Origin: an uncultured bacterium
GTDB taxonomy: Bacteria; Planctomycetota; UBA1135; GCA-002686595
Reading direction: 5' to 3'
NCBI GenBank assembly: GCA_943787795.1
Contig: CALSNU010000004.1
Location: 480,001-544,000 of the forward strand
DNA: 64,000 nt
In this document: positions 11,821 to 21,519 of the stretch, piece by piece
Layout: each line of letters opens with the position of its first letter
Position numbering within the stretch: the first letter of the stretch is position 1
The notes under the pieces: model-generated
What the model was told of the DNA's origin: nothing
Database searches by the model: none
What the model saw: the letters and a program-made list of their open reading frames with translations, nothing else
Program-made: the position numbers and the translations under genes

Positions 11821-11959
11821 CGGAGCGTGGGTCAGAGAAGGAGGGGAGCAGGCCCCGGTGCCAACTCCCCTCCCTGGTGTCCGAACGAGCGGCGCCGCGG
11901 TTACTCCCTTCCCACGAGATCCCGACGCTCACGCTCCGGCCCTCGCCGCAGCCGCAGCC

Positions 11960-12673
11960 TCAGAAGGGGTTGGTGGCGAAGACCGAGAACTCGGGGACGA
12001 AGCCCCGGGCGTCGGTGCGCAGTACCCCCACCACCGCCTCGGCGATGTCCTCGGGGATCAGCTTCTTCGGCGACGCCTGCTGGTTGCCGCCGGCCCGGCG
12101 GGAGAAGTCCGTCAGCACCTCGCTCGGGTTGCAGAGCATCACGCGCACATCGTGGCGCCGGAGTTCATCCCGCCAGCACTCCGTCATCCCCCGCAGCGCG
12201 AACTTGCTGGAGGCGTAAGCCGTCCCGCGCCCGAAGCCCTTGGCGCCCGCGGTCGAGGAGATGTTCACGATCGAGCCCGAGCCTTGCTCGACCATCTTGC
12301 GGGCGGCGGCGCGGCCCACCAGGAAGGCCCCGAGCACATTGGTCCGCCAGACGCTCTCCATGTCGTCTGCGGTGGTCTCGAGGAGTGGGGCGAAGCGACC
12401 GAAGCCGGCGTTGTTGATCAGGATATCGATGCCCCCGGCGGTCTCCACCAACGTGTCGACCATGCGCTCGGCGTCGGCCTCGACGCCCACGTCCCCCTGG
12501 ATCGCCGTCACGCCAAGCTCACCGGCTGCGCGCTCGAGCGCGTCCGCGTCCCGTCCGCTGATGGCGACGGTCACGCCGAGGTCCACCAGCGAACGCGCGA
12601 TGGCGTGGCCGATACCGCTGCTCCCCCCGGTCACGAGGGCCCTCTTTCCTTTCAGTGCGTTGGATTCAGTCAT
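11960..12673 (-). CDS. short-chain dehydrogenase/reductase (SDR)
   Basis: TGGSSGIG, NNAG and YASSK motifs; start MTESNALKGK. Confidence 0.93.
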   Translation of the reverse strand: MTESNALKGKRALVTGGSSGIGHAIARSLVDLGVTVAISGRDADALERAAGELGVTAIQGDVGVEADAERMVDTLVETAGGIDILINNAGFGRFAPLLETTADDMESVWRTNVLGAFLVGRAAARKMVEQGSGSIVNISSTAGAKGFGRGTAYASSKFALRGMTECWRDELRRHDVRVMLCNPSEVLTDFSRRAGGNQQASPKKLIPEDIAEAVVGVLRTDARGFVPEFSVFATNPF

Positions 12674-12683
12674 GGTCTCAAGT

Positions 12684-15245
12684 TCATCTCCGCCGGCGCC
12701 GCCTGGGGCGCGAGCTTGGGCGGGCCGAGAGGGCATCCTCCGGCCAATCATGCTTGGGGTAACGCGTGCGCAAGTCCTTACGCACGTGGTGGTAGGCGTC
12801 CTTCCAGAAGCTCGCGAGGTCGTCCGTGACCTGCTGCGGGCGGCCGTTGGGCGCGAGGAGATGGAGCAGCACCGGGACCTTGCCGCGGGCCACGCGCGGG
12901 GTCTCGGGGAGCCCGAAGATCTCCTGGATCCGGACCGCGAGCACGGGCGCCCGCTCGCCGTCATACAGGAGCCGCAGCCGCGAGCCGCTGGGGACCTGGA
13001 CGCGCTCGGGCGCGTGGGTGTCGAGGCCCACGCGCTGCGCGTGGGTGAGGCCACCGAGCAGGACGTCGACGACCGGGGCCTTCTGCAGGTCCGCGAACGA
13101 GCGGCGCCCCGGGACGAGCATCGGGAGCAACGCTTCGAAGGCGGCAGCGTCTGGTTCGGGGAGCTCGAGCTCAGGGGCGTGGACCCGGAGGAAGCGGATG
13201 CGCTCCACGACCCCGCTCACCTCCTCTCGGTCGAGGCCGAGCGCCGCGCTCAGCTCCTCCCGCGCGGCCTCCATCAGCACCGCCTCAGCAGCCGGCGCGT
13301 CCTGCACCGGGTGATCCGACTCCGCGAGCAATAGGGGCCCGAGCAGCTCCCGGCGGCGCCCGACGACCCGGCGCAGCCGCGCATCAAAGACGGGCACCGT
13401 CTCCACGCGCACCTCGCCGCCGTCGACCCACTCGCGCTCCACGGCCGAAGCCATGCGCACCAGGTCCTCGTCGCCGCGCCGGAACCCGGCCGTGACCTGG
13501 ATCGCGACGAAGAGCTCGGCCTCGGTCACGCCACACTCCCGCGCCAACCGCACGCCACGGCCGCCGGCCATCACCGCGCGCTCTCCGTCATCGGTGCGGC
13601 GCCGACAGAGCCGGTCGGAGAACGCCACGTGCACGGCCCGAGCGAGGGCCTCCTCGGCCCCGTGGGCGTCGAGCGCCTCCCCTCCCGATGCGCCGCGGAC
13701 GCGCCTCAGAATCTGATCCCTCGCGCGCAGGACCTGGCGCGCCCCCCCCTGGATGAGCTCCCCCACTGGCGTGGACGTCCGGCGGCTGGACTCGAAGGCG
13801 TGCAGGGCTGCCACCCGCTCGAACAGATCGGACTCGGTGGCGTCGGGGCGCGGAGCGTGGGGTCCCCGGGCCGTGCGGAACGGGTCGCGCTCCGAGAGCA
13901 TCGCCGCCGCCAGCGCCGCCTCCTCGGCGACCCCCAGCTCGGCGCCCTCGTGCACGAGGGCAGCCAGCCGCGGGTGGAGGGGCAGCCGCGCCAGCGACCT
14001 GCCGCGACCCGTGATCTGTCCCCGCCGGTCGAGGGCGCCGAGGGCGGCCAGCAGCTCCAGGGCCCGGGCCGTCGCGTCGGGGCGGGGCGCCTCGAACCAC
14101 GGGAACGAGCTCACGTCTGACTCCCCCCAAAGGGCGAGCTGGAGCACGGCTCCCGCCACATCGAGGCGGCGGACCTCTGGCTCGAGGGCGGGCTCCAGAT
14201 TGCGATCGTCGACGGCGCTCCAGAGACGCAGGCAGAGCCCCGGCCCCAGGCGTCCGGCGCGGCCCGCTCGCTGATCTGCCGCCGCGCGGTCGATGCGCTC
14301 CACCTTGAGCCGGTCGATTCCGGCGCCGGGCTCGTGTCGCATGACCCGAGCCTCCCCGCTGTCGACCACCGCCCGAACTCCCGCCACCGTCACGCTGGAC
14401 TCGGCCACGTTGGTGGAGAGCACCACCCGACGGCGCGGCCCCTCACGCAGGGCGGCGTCCTGCTTCTCCGGCGGGAGGTCACCGTAGAGCTCGACCACGT
14501 CGACCCCCTTGATCGATCCCAGCGCCTGACCGCAGCGCCGGATCTCCCCCACCCCCGCGAGGAACACGAGCACGTCGCCCTCGGAGCGCTCGAGGGCCTG
14601 GCGGACGGCGCGGTTCACGTGGGTGGCCAGCGCCTCCCGCCCGTCCCGGCTCCCCGCCGCGCCCCGCTCGGCCGGGACGAAGTCGACCTCGACGGGGAAG
14701 AGCCGTCCCTCGCTGGTGATGATGGGCGCGGGGCCCGTCGCGCCGCCGAGAAAGGCCGCGATCGGCTCGGCCTGGAGCGTCGCGGAGGTCGCGATCAGCC
14801 GCAGATCCTCGCGCGCCTCCTCCCGGACCCGACGGGCCATGGCCAGGGCGAGGTCGGCTTCGAGGCTGCGCTCGTGGAACTCGTCGAAGACGATGCAGCC
14901 GACGCCCTCGAGGAACGGGTCGTCCTGGAGCCGCGCGAGGAGGATCCCCTCGGTGCAGAAGAGGACCTGAGTCTTGGGGCCGGCCTTACGGTCGAAGCGG
15001 ACGTGGTAGCCCACCTCTTGCCCCAGCTGCCACCCGTTCTCCTCGGCCACCCGGCGCGCGGCGGCGCGGGCGGCGATGCGCCGCGGCTCGAGGACCACCA
15101 CCGGACCCAGACCCGCCCGCAGCAGCGCCGGCGGCACGCGGGTGGTCTTGCCCGCCCCCGGCGGGGCGACGAGCACCGAGACGCCGCGGTCCCGGGTGGC
15201 GGTCAGGACATCCTCGAGGACGTCCTCGATCGGCAGCTCCGCCAT
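12684..15245 (-). CDS. hrpB: ATP-dependent helicase HrpB
   Basis: APPGAGKTT, DEFHER, SAT, TNVAESSVT, QRAGRAGR and C-terminal RYPKHDWPED. Confidence 0.95.
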   Translation of the reverse strand: MAELPIEDVLEDVLTATRDRGVSVLVAPPGAGKTTRVPPALLRAGLGPVVVLEPRRIAARAAARRVAEENGWQLGQEVGYHVRFDRKAGPKTQVLFCTEGILLARLQDDPFLEGVGCIVFDEFHERSLEADLALAMARRVREEAREDLRLIATSATLQAEPIAAFLGGATGPAPIITSEGRLFPVEVDFVPAERGAAGSRDGREALATHVNRAVRQALERSEGDVLVFLAGVGEIRRCGQALGSIKGVDVVELYGDLPPEKQDAALREGPRRRVVLSTNVAESSVTVAGVRAVVDSGEARVMRHEPGAGIDRLKVERIDRAAADQRAGRAGRLGPGLCLRLWSAVDDRNLEPALEPEVRRLDVAGAVLQLALWGESDVSSFPWFEAPRPDATARALELLAALGALDRRGQITGRGRSLARLPLHPRLAALVHEGAELGVAEEAALAAAMLSERDPFRTARGPHAPRPDATESDLFERVAALHAFESSRRTSTPVGELIQGGARQVLRARDQILRRVRGASGGEALDAHGAEEALARAVHVAFSDRLCRRRTDDGERAVMAGGRGVRLARECGVTEAELFVAIQVTAGFRRGDEDLVRMASAVEREWVDGGEVRVETVPVFDARLRRVVGRRRELLGPLLLAESDHPVQDAPAAEAVLMEAAREELSAALGLDREEVSGVVERIRFLRVHAPELELPEPDAAAFEALLPMLVPGRRSFADLQKAPVVDVLLGGLTHAQRVGLDTHAPERVQVPSGSRLRLLYDGERAPVLAVRIQEIFGLPETPRVARGKVPVLLHLLAPNGRPQQVTDDLASFWKDAYHHVRKDLRTRYPKHDWPEDALSARPSSRPRRRRRR

Positions 15246-15300
15246 CGGTCCCCTCCCTCGCTGCCGCTGATCGTCCTGTTGACCCATCTGGGAGCAGGCC

Positions 15301-15759
15301 TCAGTTCATCGCCGCCTGGAACGCCGCGCGGATGGCCTCCACGCGGCGTCGGTTGGCCCCCAGGTCGGAGTACCCAAGCCGGGACGCCGAGCGGACCTGG
15401 ATCACCCCGGCGTCCGCGTCGAGCCGCGCCTCGAAGTCGTCGCGGAAGCGGAGCAGCCGCGTCTTGAACACCGCGTGCACGTACTGGGGTTCACGGGTCT
15501 CGAGGGTCGCCTGCGCCCCGAGCACCTCCGTGAGGGCGTCGAACGCGCTCTCCGGATCGACGCCCGCCGGGATCGACAGGGGCTCCACCCGCGATGCGTC
15601 CCCCTGGGCCGCCTCACTTGAGACGCAATTCGGCGACCCTGGACACGCTCGGAGCGCCCCCCCCTCGAGACCGACCGCGGGCCCCACGCAGCTGGTGGCG
15701 ACGAGCAGGAGCAGGCCGGAGGCGAGCACGGCGGTGGCGAGCATGGCGCGGAGGGTCAT
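15301..15759 (-). CDS. DUF1499 family protein
   Basis: Signal/lipobox; CPGSPNCVSS, FRDDFE and RSASRLGYSDLGANRRRV. Confidence 0.88.
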   Translation of the reverse strand: MTLRAMLATAVLASGLLLLVATSCVGPAVGLEGGALRACPGSPNCVSSEAAQGDASRVEPLSIPAGVDPESAFDALTEVLGAQATLETREPQYVHAVFKTRLLRFRDDFEARLDADAGVIQVRSASRLGYSDLGANRRRVEAIRAAFQAAMN

Positions 15760-15921
15760 CGGAGAAGAGCGTGTCCCTCGGAGTCTCGGAGAAATCGGGC
15801 CCCAGGGGAACCTGTGACTTCGCGCCCGTCGGGCACCCGAGGCAGGAAACTCACCGCGCAGGTCGGTAGGATCGGGGCCGTAGGGGGAAGAGGGGCGCGT
15901 TCCGCACCCTGCTCGAACATC

Positions 15922-18615
15922 ATGATGGGTTTTTGTCACCTGGAGCTGCTGCTCCACGCGAACACGACGTGGGTCCTTGGGCTTGTGCCTGCCGGAGGGA
16001 CGAGCGTCCTGGAGAAGCTGCCGCTGATCCTGGGCGGCGCGATCATCGGCGGGTTTGTGGCCTGGTTCCTCGCCAAGCGGCAGAGCCTGACCCAGCACCG
16101 GGTTCAGCAGGAGCTGTGGGACCGCAAGTTCAGGCTCGCCGAGGCGGACCGCGAGTCCGCGGTCACGTCGCTGAACCAGAACAACATCGACGTCAAGCGC
16201 GTCAAGGGGACGTACGAGGCCCACGTGCAGCGCATCACGGGGCTGCAAGCGGAGCTCGCGTCCGAGCGCGCCCACGTGGATCAGCTCCGGGCTCGCATTG
16301 ACGAGCAGGACGAGGCCACTCAGGGGCTGCTTGAAGCCCGCGACTCGAGCGACGCCGCCGCCAGCGCGGCGCGGTCTGAGGCGGAGCAGAAGGCCAGGGG
16401 CCACCGGGAGGTCTCGCAGGAGCGTGACGAGCTCGTCGCCCGCGCGGAGGCGCTGGAGTCCGAGCTCGAGCAGGCGCGAACAAAGATCGCCGAGGACACC
16501 CAGTCCTTCCGCTCCTCCATCGCCGAGCGAGATGAGCAGATCGCAGAGTGGCAGCGCCGCCACGCCGAGGATCAGGAGTCCACCAGCGCCACGCTCACCG
16601 GCCTCGAGGAGCGCATCCTCGAGCTCGAGCCGGCGCCCGCGCTGCTCGAAGAGACCCGGCTCGAGCTCGACGAGTCCCGAGCTGAACGCGCGCGACTCGC
16701 CCGCGACAACGCCAGGGCCGTCGAGGAGATCGAGGCGAAGACCGCCGAGGAGCTCGAGGACCTACAGCGCGCCCACGACGAGACTCAGCGCACCGCGGGC
16801 GCCGAGGCCGCGCGGGTTCAGGCCGAGCTGCGAGAGCGCCTGGCGGAGCTGGAGCCGCTCCCCGAGCAACTCGAGGCCGGCCGCGTCGAGCTGGAGCTGG
16901 TCCGGGCAGAGCTCACCGCCCTGCTGGAGTCGAGCACCGCCGAGAAGGAGGCCGCGACCGAGGAGCTGGAGGCGCTGCGCCGCTCCAGCCAGGAGGCGCG
17001 CGAGACGGCGTCGTCCGAGGCCGGCATCATCCAGGGGCAGCTCCAGAGCCGCCTCGCTGCGCTCGAGCCCCTCCCGGAGAAGCTCGAGGCCAACCGCGTC
17101 GAGCTGGAATCGGTGCGGGCCGAGCTCGCCTCGCTCCTCCAGTCGAGCGCCACCGCGCAGGACGCGGCGGCGGCAGAGCTTGCGACCCTGCGCCGCTCGA
17201 GCCAGGAGGCACGAGAGGCCGCCTCCGCCGAGTTCGGCGTCATCCAGGGAGAGCTCCAATCCCGTCTCACCGCGCTCGAGCCTCTGCCCGAGCAACTCGA
17301 GGCCACCCGCAAGAACCTCGAGACGGTGCGAAGGGACCGGGACACCCTGGCCGAGTCGACGGCCGCCGAGATCCTCGACCTGAAGGGGCAGATCCAAGAG
17401 CTGCTCCCGCTCGAGGGATTGCTCACAGGCAGCCGCAGCGAGGCAGACAAGCTCCGCAGCGAACTCGCGAACCTCGAGGCAACCTCCGCCAACCACGAGT
17501 CCGAGCTGCGAGAGCGCATCGCCGAGCTGGAGCCGCTCCGGGAGCAGCTCAGCGGCGCGCAGAGCGACCTGCGGAACTCGCGTGACCGCGTCTCCGAACT
17601 CGAGCCGCTGGTCTCCCGTCTCGCCCGCGTGGAGACGGAGCTCTCCGCCGCCGGAACAGAGAACAGCTCGCTGAAGACCTCGAGCAGGGAGGAGATCGAC
17701 GCTCTCGAGGCGAAGGTCGAAGAGCTCGAGCCCGTGATCCTCGAACTGGCCCGCCGCGAGGGTGAGCTCACGGTCATGCGCGAGCGCATGTTGACCCTGG
17801 AGCCGCTGCCCGCACAGCTCCGCGACCGGGAGGCCGAGCTCGAGTCGCTTCGCGCGGGCTCGGAGCAGCGCGAGGAAGGCGCACGGTTGAGGGAGCGTGA
17901 GCTCGAGCAACGCTTGAAGCAGCTCGAGGGCATCGAGGACGAGTTCCTCGCGACGCGCAAGGAATTCGGCGACTTCAAGAAGACCGCGGCGCGCGATGCG
18001 CGGGCCTCGGAGCTCGACGCCAAGCGCCTCGCGACAGCGCTTGAGGATGTGTCCGCACGGGCAGCCGAGGTCGAGACACTCCGAGGGCGCCTGACCGAGC
18101 TTCAGGCCTCGCAGAAGGCCGACCAGCGTGAAGCGCACCAGCTCCGGGGCCAGTCCACGAAGCTGGAGACTCGACTGACGAGCACCAAGCTGAAGCTGGA
18201 CGAGCATGCCGCCCAGCTGAAGGAGGCTCGAGCCGAGCTCACCAAGCTCCGCCGGGTCGCGGCTCGGGCCGAGGCCAAGGAGCAGACCGCGGCTGCCAAG
18301 GCGGCTTCAAGCAAGGCCGCAGCCGCGCCGAAGAAGGCCGCCGCCAAGCGCTCTGGCACGAAGGAGAACGTGAAGACCCTCCAACCCGCGCCTCGTCGCG
18401 GCCAGGACGACCTGACCGCGATCAGCGGCATCGGCCCCAGCTACGAGAAGGTGCTGAAGAAGGCCGGGATCCACCGCTTCGAGCAGCTGGCGACCTTGAC
18501 CGCGCCCAAGCTGTCTGCTCTGGCCGAGAAGATCGACATCCCGGTCGACCGGATCAAGAAGGACCGCTGGATCCAGAAGGCCAAGGCGCTGCACCAGAAG
18601 AAGAGCAAGTCGTAG
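15922..18615 (+). CDS. membrane-anchored long coiled-coil protein with C-terminal helix-hairpin-helix domain (start uncertain)
   Basis: TM LILGGAIIGGFVAWFL; E/L/R-rich heptads with LEPL repeats; DDLTAISGIGPSYEKVLKKAGI. Confidence 0.8.
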   Translation: MMGFCHLELLLHANTTWVLGLVPAGGTSVLEKLPLILGGAIIGGFVAWFLAKRQSLTQHRVQQELWDRKFRLAEADRESAVTSLNQNNIDVKRVKGTYEAHVQRITGLQAELASERAHVDQLRARIDEQDEATQGLLEARDSSDAAASAARSEAEQKARGHREVSQERDELVARAEALESELEQARTKIAEDTQSFRSSIAERDEQIAEWQRRHAEDQESTSATLTGLEERILELEPAPALLEETRLELDESRAERARLARDNARAVEEIEAKTAEELEDLQRAHDETQRTAGAEAARVQAELRERLAELEPLPEQLEAGRVELELVRAELTALLESSTAEKEAATEELEALRRSSQEARETASSEAGIIQGQLQSRLAALEPLPEKLEANRVELESVRAELASLLQSSATAQDAAAAELATLRRSSQEAREAASAEFGVIQGELQSRLTALEPLPEQLEATRKNLETVRRDRDTLAESTAAEILDLKGQIQELLPLEGLLTGSRSEADKLRSELANLEATSANHESELRERIAELEPLREQLSGAQSDLRNSRDRVSELEPLVSRLARVETELSAAGTENSSLKTSSREEIDALEAKVEELEPVILELARREGELTVMRERMLTLEPLPAQLRDREAELESLRAGSEQREEGARLRERELEQRLKQLEGIEDEFLATRKEFGDFKKTAARDARASELDAKRLATALEDVSARAAEVETLRGRLTELQASQKADQREAHQLRGQSTKLETRLTSTKLKLDEHAAQLKEARAELTKLRRVAARAEAKEQTAAAKAASSKAAAAPKKAAAKRSGTKENVKTLQPAPRRGQDDLTAISGIGPSYEKVLKKAGIHRFEQLATLTAPKLSALAEKIDIPVDRIKKDRWIQKAKALHQKKSKS

Positions 18616-18667
18616 GGCGCAACGCCGCCCCTCAGAGGCCGCCGCATCAGACGCCGCCCCATCGGAC

Positions 18668-18707
18668 GAAGAGCCCGGCTGTCCAAGCAGCCGGGCTCTT
18701 CTCTGTT
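18668..18707 (+). terminator. intrinsic terminator
   Basis: GAAGAGCCCGGCTG-N6-CAGCCGGGCTCTTC followed by TCTGTT. Confidence 0.7.
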
Positions 18708-18740
18708 CGCAGCGGCGCGCGACCGGCCCACAATGGGGCG

Positions 18741-19469
18741 ATGCCCGCCCGCCCTCCGACCACCGCTGAACGACCGCGCGAAGCCCGGCCCCCCCAGGCG
18801 CCCGGACCCGATCGGTACGGCCTGGCCGCCTGGGTCTACGACGTCGCGACCGCTGGCTGGAGCGGGGGAGCGATCTGGCGTACGAGGGCCCGAGCGCTCG
18901 AGCACTCCGCTCCTGGCTCGACGCTGCTGGTCCCCGGGCCGGGCACCGGACGGCTGGTCGTAGAGGCCGCTCGTCGCGGCCTCAAGGTGACCGCCGTGGA
19001 GCGCTCTCCACGGATGCTCTCGCGCTGTGAGCGGCGCGCCGCTCGCGGCGGCCTCCAGGTCCAGGTTCAGCTGGGGGATGCCCGCGACCTCCCGGCCGAG
19101 CCGCTCTATGACACCGTCGTCCTGGAGCACTTCCTCAACGTGTTCCCGCCCGACCAGATGGTCCACGTACGGGACCAGATGATCGCGCGGGTACGCCCCG
19201 GGGGCGTTCTCGCCGTGGCGGACTTCACGCCACTCGATCCGCAGGCCTCAGGGCTCGCAAGGATGGCCCAGCGGCTCCATCATGTGACCCCTCTGGGAGG
19301 CTGCGCACTGCTCACGGGGAACGCCATGCACCCGATCTACGACCACGGCCACGACCTCGAGGGGCGGCCAGACCTCTCCCTGGAGGCGATCCACGACGAG
19401 CGCAGCTTCGGCTACGGGCCCGCCTGGTTCCGGTGCTGGATCTTCCGCCGGCGGGAGGCGAGCAAGTGA
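18741..19469 (+). CDS. class I SAM-dependent methyltransferase
   Basis: LLVPGPGTG, VERSPRML, GDA and RPGGVLAVADF. Confidence 0.85.
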   Translation: MPARPPTTAERPREARPPQAPGPDRYGLAAWVYDVATAGWSGGAIWRTRARALEHSAPGSTLLVPGPGTGRLVVEAARRGLKVTAVERSPRMLSRCERRAARGGLQVQVQLGDARDLPAEPLYDTVVLEHFLNVFPPDQMVHVRDQMIARVRPGGVLAVADFTPLDPQASGLARMAQRLHHVTPLGGCALLTGNAMHPIYDHGHDLEGRPDLSLEAIHDERSFGYGPAWFRCWIFRRREASK

Positions 19470-20644
19470 CCGCCCCCGCTCCGTCCATTGCCCGCGCCAC
19501 CGCGGTGGCCCTCGCCAGCGGCACCCTGTTGCTCGTCGCCTTCGTCGTCCTCGGATGGCGCGACCTCGACGCCGCCTGGGCCGGGCTGGACTTCAACGCA
19601 GCGCTCTTCGAGGACTTCCTGGGCCCGTACTGGCAGACAGCCTCGGCCTTCGCCGCCGGAGACTGGGAGCCCGCGAAGGGCTACCTCTACCCCGCCTTCG
19701 GCGCGTGGCTCCTCGCGCCCCTCACCGTTCTCGGCGACGCGGCGGCCTCCTGGGGCTGCGCGGCGGCCATGGGCGGCGCCGCCTGCCTGCTGCTCGCGAG
19801 CCTCTTCACCCTGCGCCCGCCGTCGAGCTCCTTGGAGGCCGCAGCCGTGGGGGTCGCGGCGCTGCTCGCCCACCCGGTCGTCCACGGGGCGTACTGGGGC
19901 CAGGCCGCCCTGCCGGTAGCCGCCCTCACCCTGGCCGCCCTCGCCGCGTGGTCCCGCGGCCATGCGGTCGCTGGAGGCGCCCTCCTGGGGATCGCCGCCG
20001 CGATCAAGCTGACGCCGTTGGTCTTCCTCGCGGCTCCCCTCTTCAGCCGAGATCAGCCCGGCCTGCGGCGCGCCCTCGCCTGGGCCGTCGGCTCGTTCCT
20101 GACCTGCGCGGTCCTCCTCCCTCTCATGGCCATGGGCCCCGCCGGGTTCCTCGAGTTCCACGTGGAGGCCGCCCGGAACCTGCGGGCCCTGGCGAGCGAG
20201 GCCTCGACCGCGGCTGGCGGGCGAGGGAGCCAGGACCCCGGCGCGCTGCTCGCGCGGTCCGCCGGCCAGGGAGCGTTCTGGGTCGGCAAGGCCATCGGGC
20301 TCGCCGTGTCGATCCTCCTCATCCACGGAGCTCGAGCCGAGCTCCGTGGACCGGCGCCGCGCTGGGACCTCGTGTTCGTCCTCCTCGCGGCGCTCCCCTG
20401 GCTCCTCGTCACCCCCACCTGGACCCACGGCCTCATCTGGATCGTGGTCGCGTGGCACGCAGGGTGGGGTGGCAGCCTCGCCGGCCGAGGCCTGGTCCTC
20501 GCCTCCCTCGCCCTGGGCTCCCTCCCGCTCCTCCGTTGGACCGATGACCCCGTCCGTCACGCCGAGCTCGGACTCCCCGCCGCGGCGGCGGCCCTCGCGC
20601 TCGCCGCTGCGCTCCTCGCCAGGCGGGAGCCTGCCGCAGATTGA
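19466..20644 (+). CDS. GT87/DUF2029-like polytopic GT-C glycosyltransferase
   Basis: Multiple TM helices; DF...Y, YLYP, GQ and AIKLTP motifs; GTGA-coupled to the methyltransferase. Confidence 0.75.
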   Translation: MTAPAPSIARATAVALASGTLLLVAFVVLGWRDLDAAWAGLDFNAALFEDFLGPYWQTASAFAAGDWEPAKGYLYPAFGAWLLAPLTVLGDAAASWGCAAAMGGAACLLLASLFTLRPPSSSLEAAAVGVAALLAHPVVHGAYWGQAALPVAALTLAALAAWSRGHAVAGGALLGIAAAIKLTPLVFLAAPLFSRDQPGLRRALAWAVGSFLTCAVLLPLMAMGPAGFLEFHVEAARNLRALASEASTAAGGRGSQDPGALLARSAGQGAFWVGKAIGLAVSILLIHGARAELRGPAPRWDLVFVLLAALPWLLVTPTWTHGLIWIVVAWHAGWGGSLAGRGLVLASLALGSLPLLRWTDDPVRHAELGLPAAAAALALAAALLARREPAAD

Positions 20645-20728
20645 ACCGGCGGACGGATCCGGCTGATCCGTCGGCCACCTGAACGGATCGAGGCTGCTGG
20701 GCCGGCCTGCTGGGCCGGCCGCTTGGAC

Positions 20729-21514
20729 CTAGCGCCCGGGGAGCTCGCTCGCCGGAGCGGGCCCGCGCCTGAGGCGCTGCTCCGCCGCAGCCTCGACCGC
20801 ATCCAGGGCGGCCCCCATGCGCTCCACGGTCTCCGGTGACTCGGTCATCGCCATGATGGGCTCGAGCTCGATGGGCTCCCCCACCTCGATGGCGACCCTG
20901 CTGAAGGGAAGCGGGACCAGCAGGCGATCCCAGGTCCGGAGCTTGAGGCCCCACGAGCAGGCGAAGGAGAGCGGCACCACGGGGCTCCCCGAGAGGCGCG
21001 CGAGCATGATCGCTCCGGGCTTGAATTCGTGCGGCGGCCCCTTCGAGCCGTCCGGCGCGATGAGGGGCGAGAGGTTCGCCTCCTTGATGGCCACGTACAT
21101 GTCCCGCATGGCGAGGGCACCGCTTCGGCGGCCGGAGCCGCGAACGGCGGTCACGCCCAGCTTGTCCAGCAGCCGCGCCCCCAGCTCGCCGTCCTTGGAC
21201 GGGCTGACCAGCGCGCCGGGCACGACGCCCCGAGCCTGAAGTCGGCGCACATAGGCCACCCCCATGATCTGGCGCTGGTGCCAGATGCAGGGGATGAACC
21301 GCTCTTCTCGCTGGAGCAGCGGTTCAAGGTGCTCCTCGCCGTGCACGCGAATGCGCAGCGACGCCCAGTAGAGGCGTAGCGCCTGGGCGAGCAACCACGC
21401 GAAGCGAGGGAAGAGCTCGGTCCGCCACCGCGGCATCGGCTTCTGGGCGCGCGGTGCTCCGCGCTCACGATCGGGGAGCGCCGGCTGGTCGGACTCGGTC
21501 TGCGATCCACCCAT
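20729..21514 (-). CDS. DUF374 lysophospholipid acyltransferase family protein (LpxJ-like)
   Basis: WHQ, SPSKDGE, VRGS, PDGSKGP and WDRLLVPLPFS. Confidence 0.88.
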   Translation of the reverse strand: MGGSQTESDQPALPDRERGAPRAQKPMPRWRTELFPRFAWLLAQALRLYWASLRIRVHGEEHLEPLLQREERFIPCIWHQRQIMGVAYVRRLQARGVVPGALVSPSKDGELGARLLDKLGVTAVRGSGRRSGALAMRDMYVAIKEANLSPLIAPDGSKGPPHEFKPGAIMLARLSGSPVVPLSFACSWGLKLRTWDRLLVPLPFSRVAIEVGEPIELEPIMAMTESPETVERMGAALDAVEAAAEQRLRRGPAPASELPGR

Positions 21515-21519
21515 CGGGT

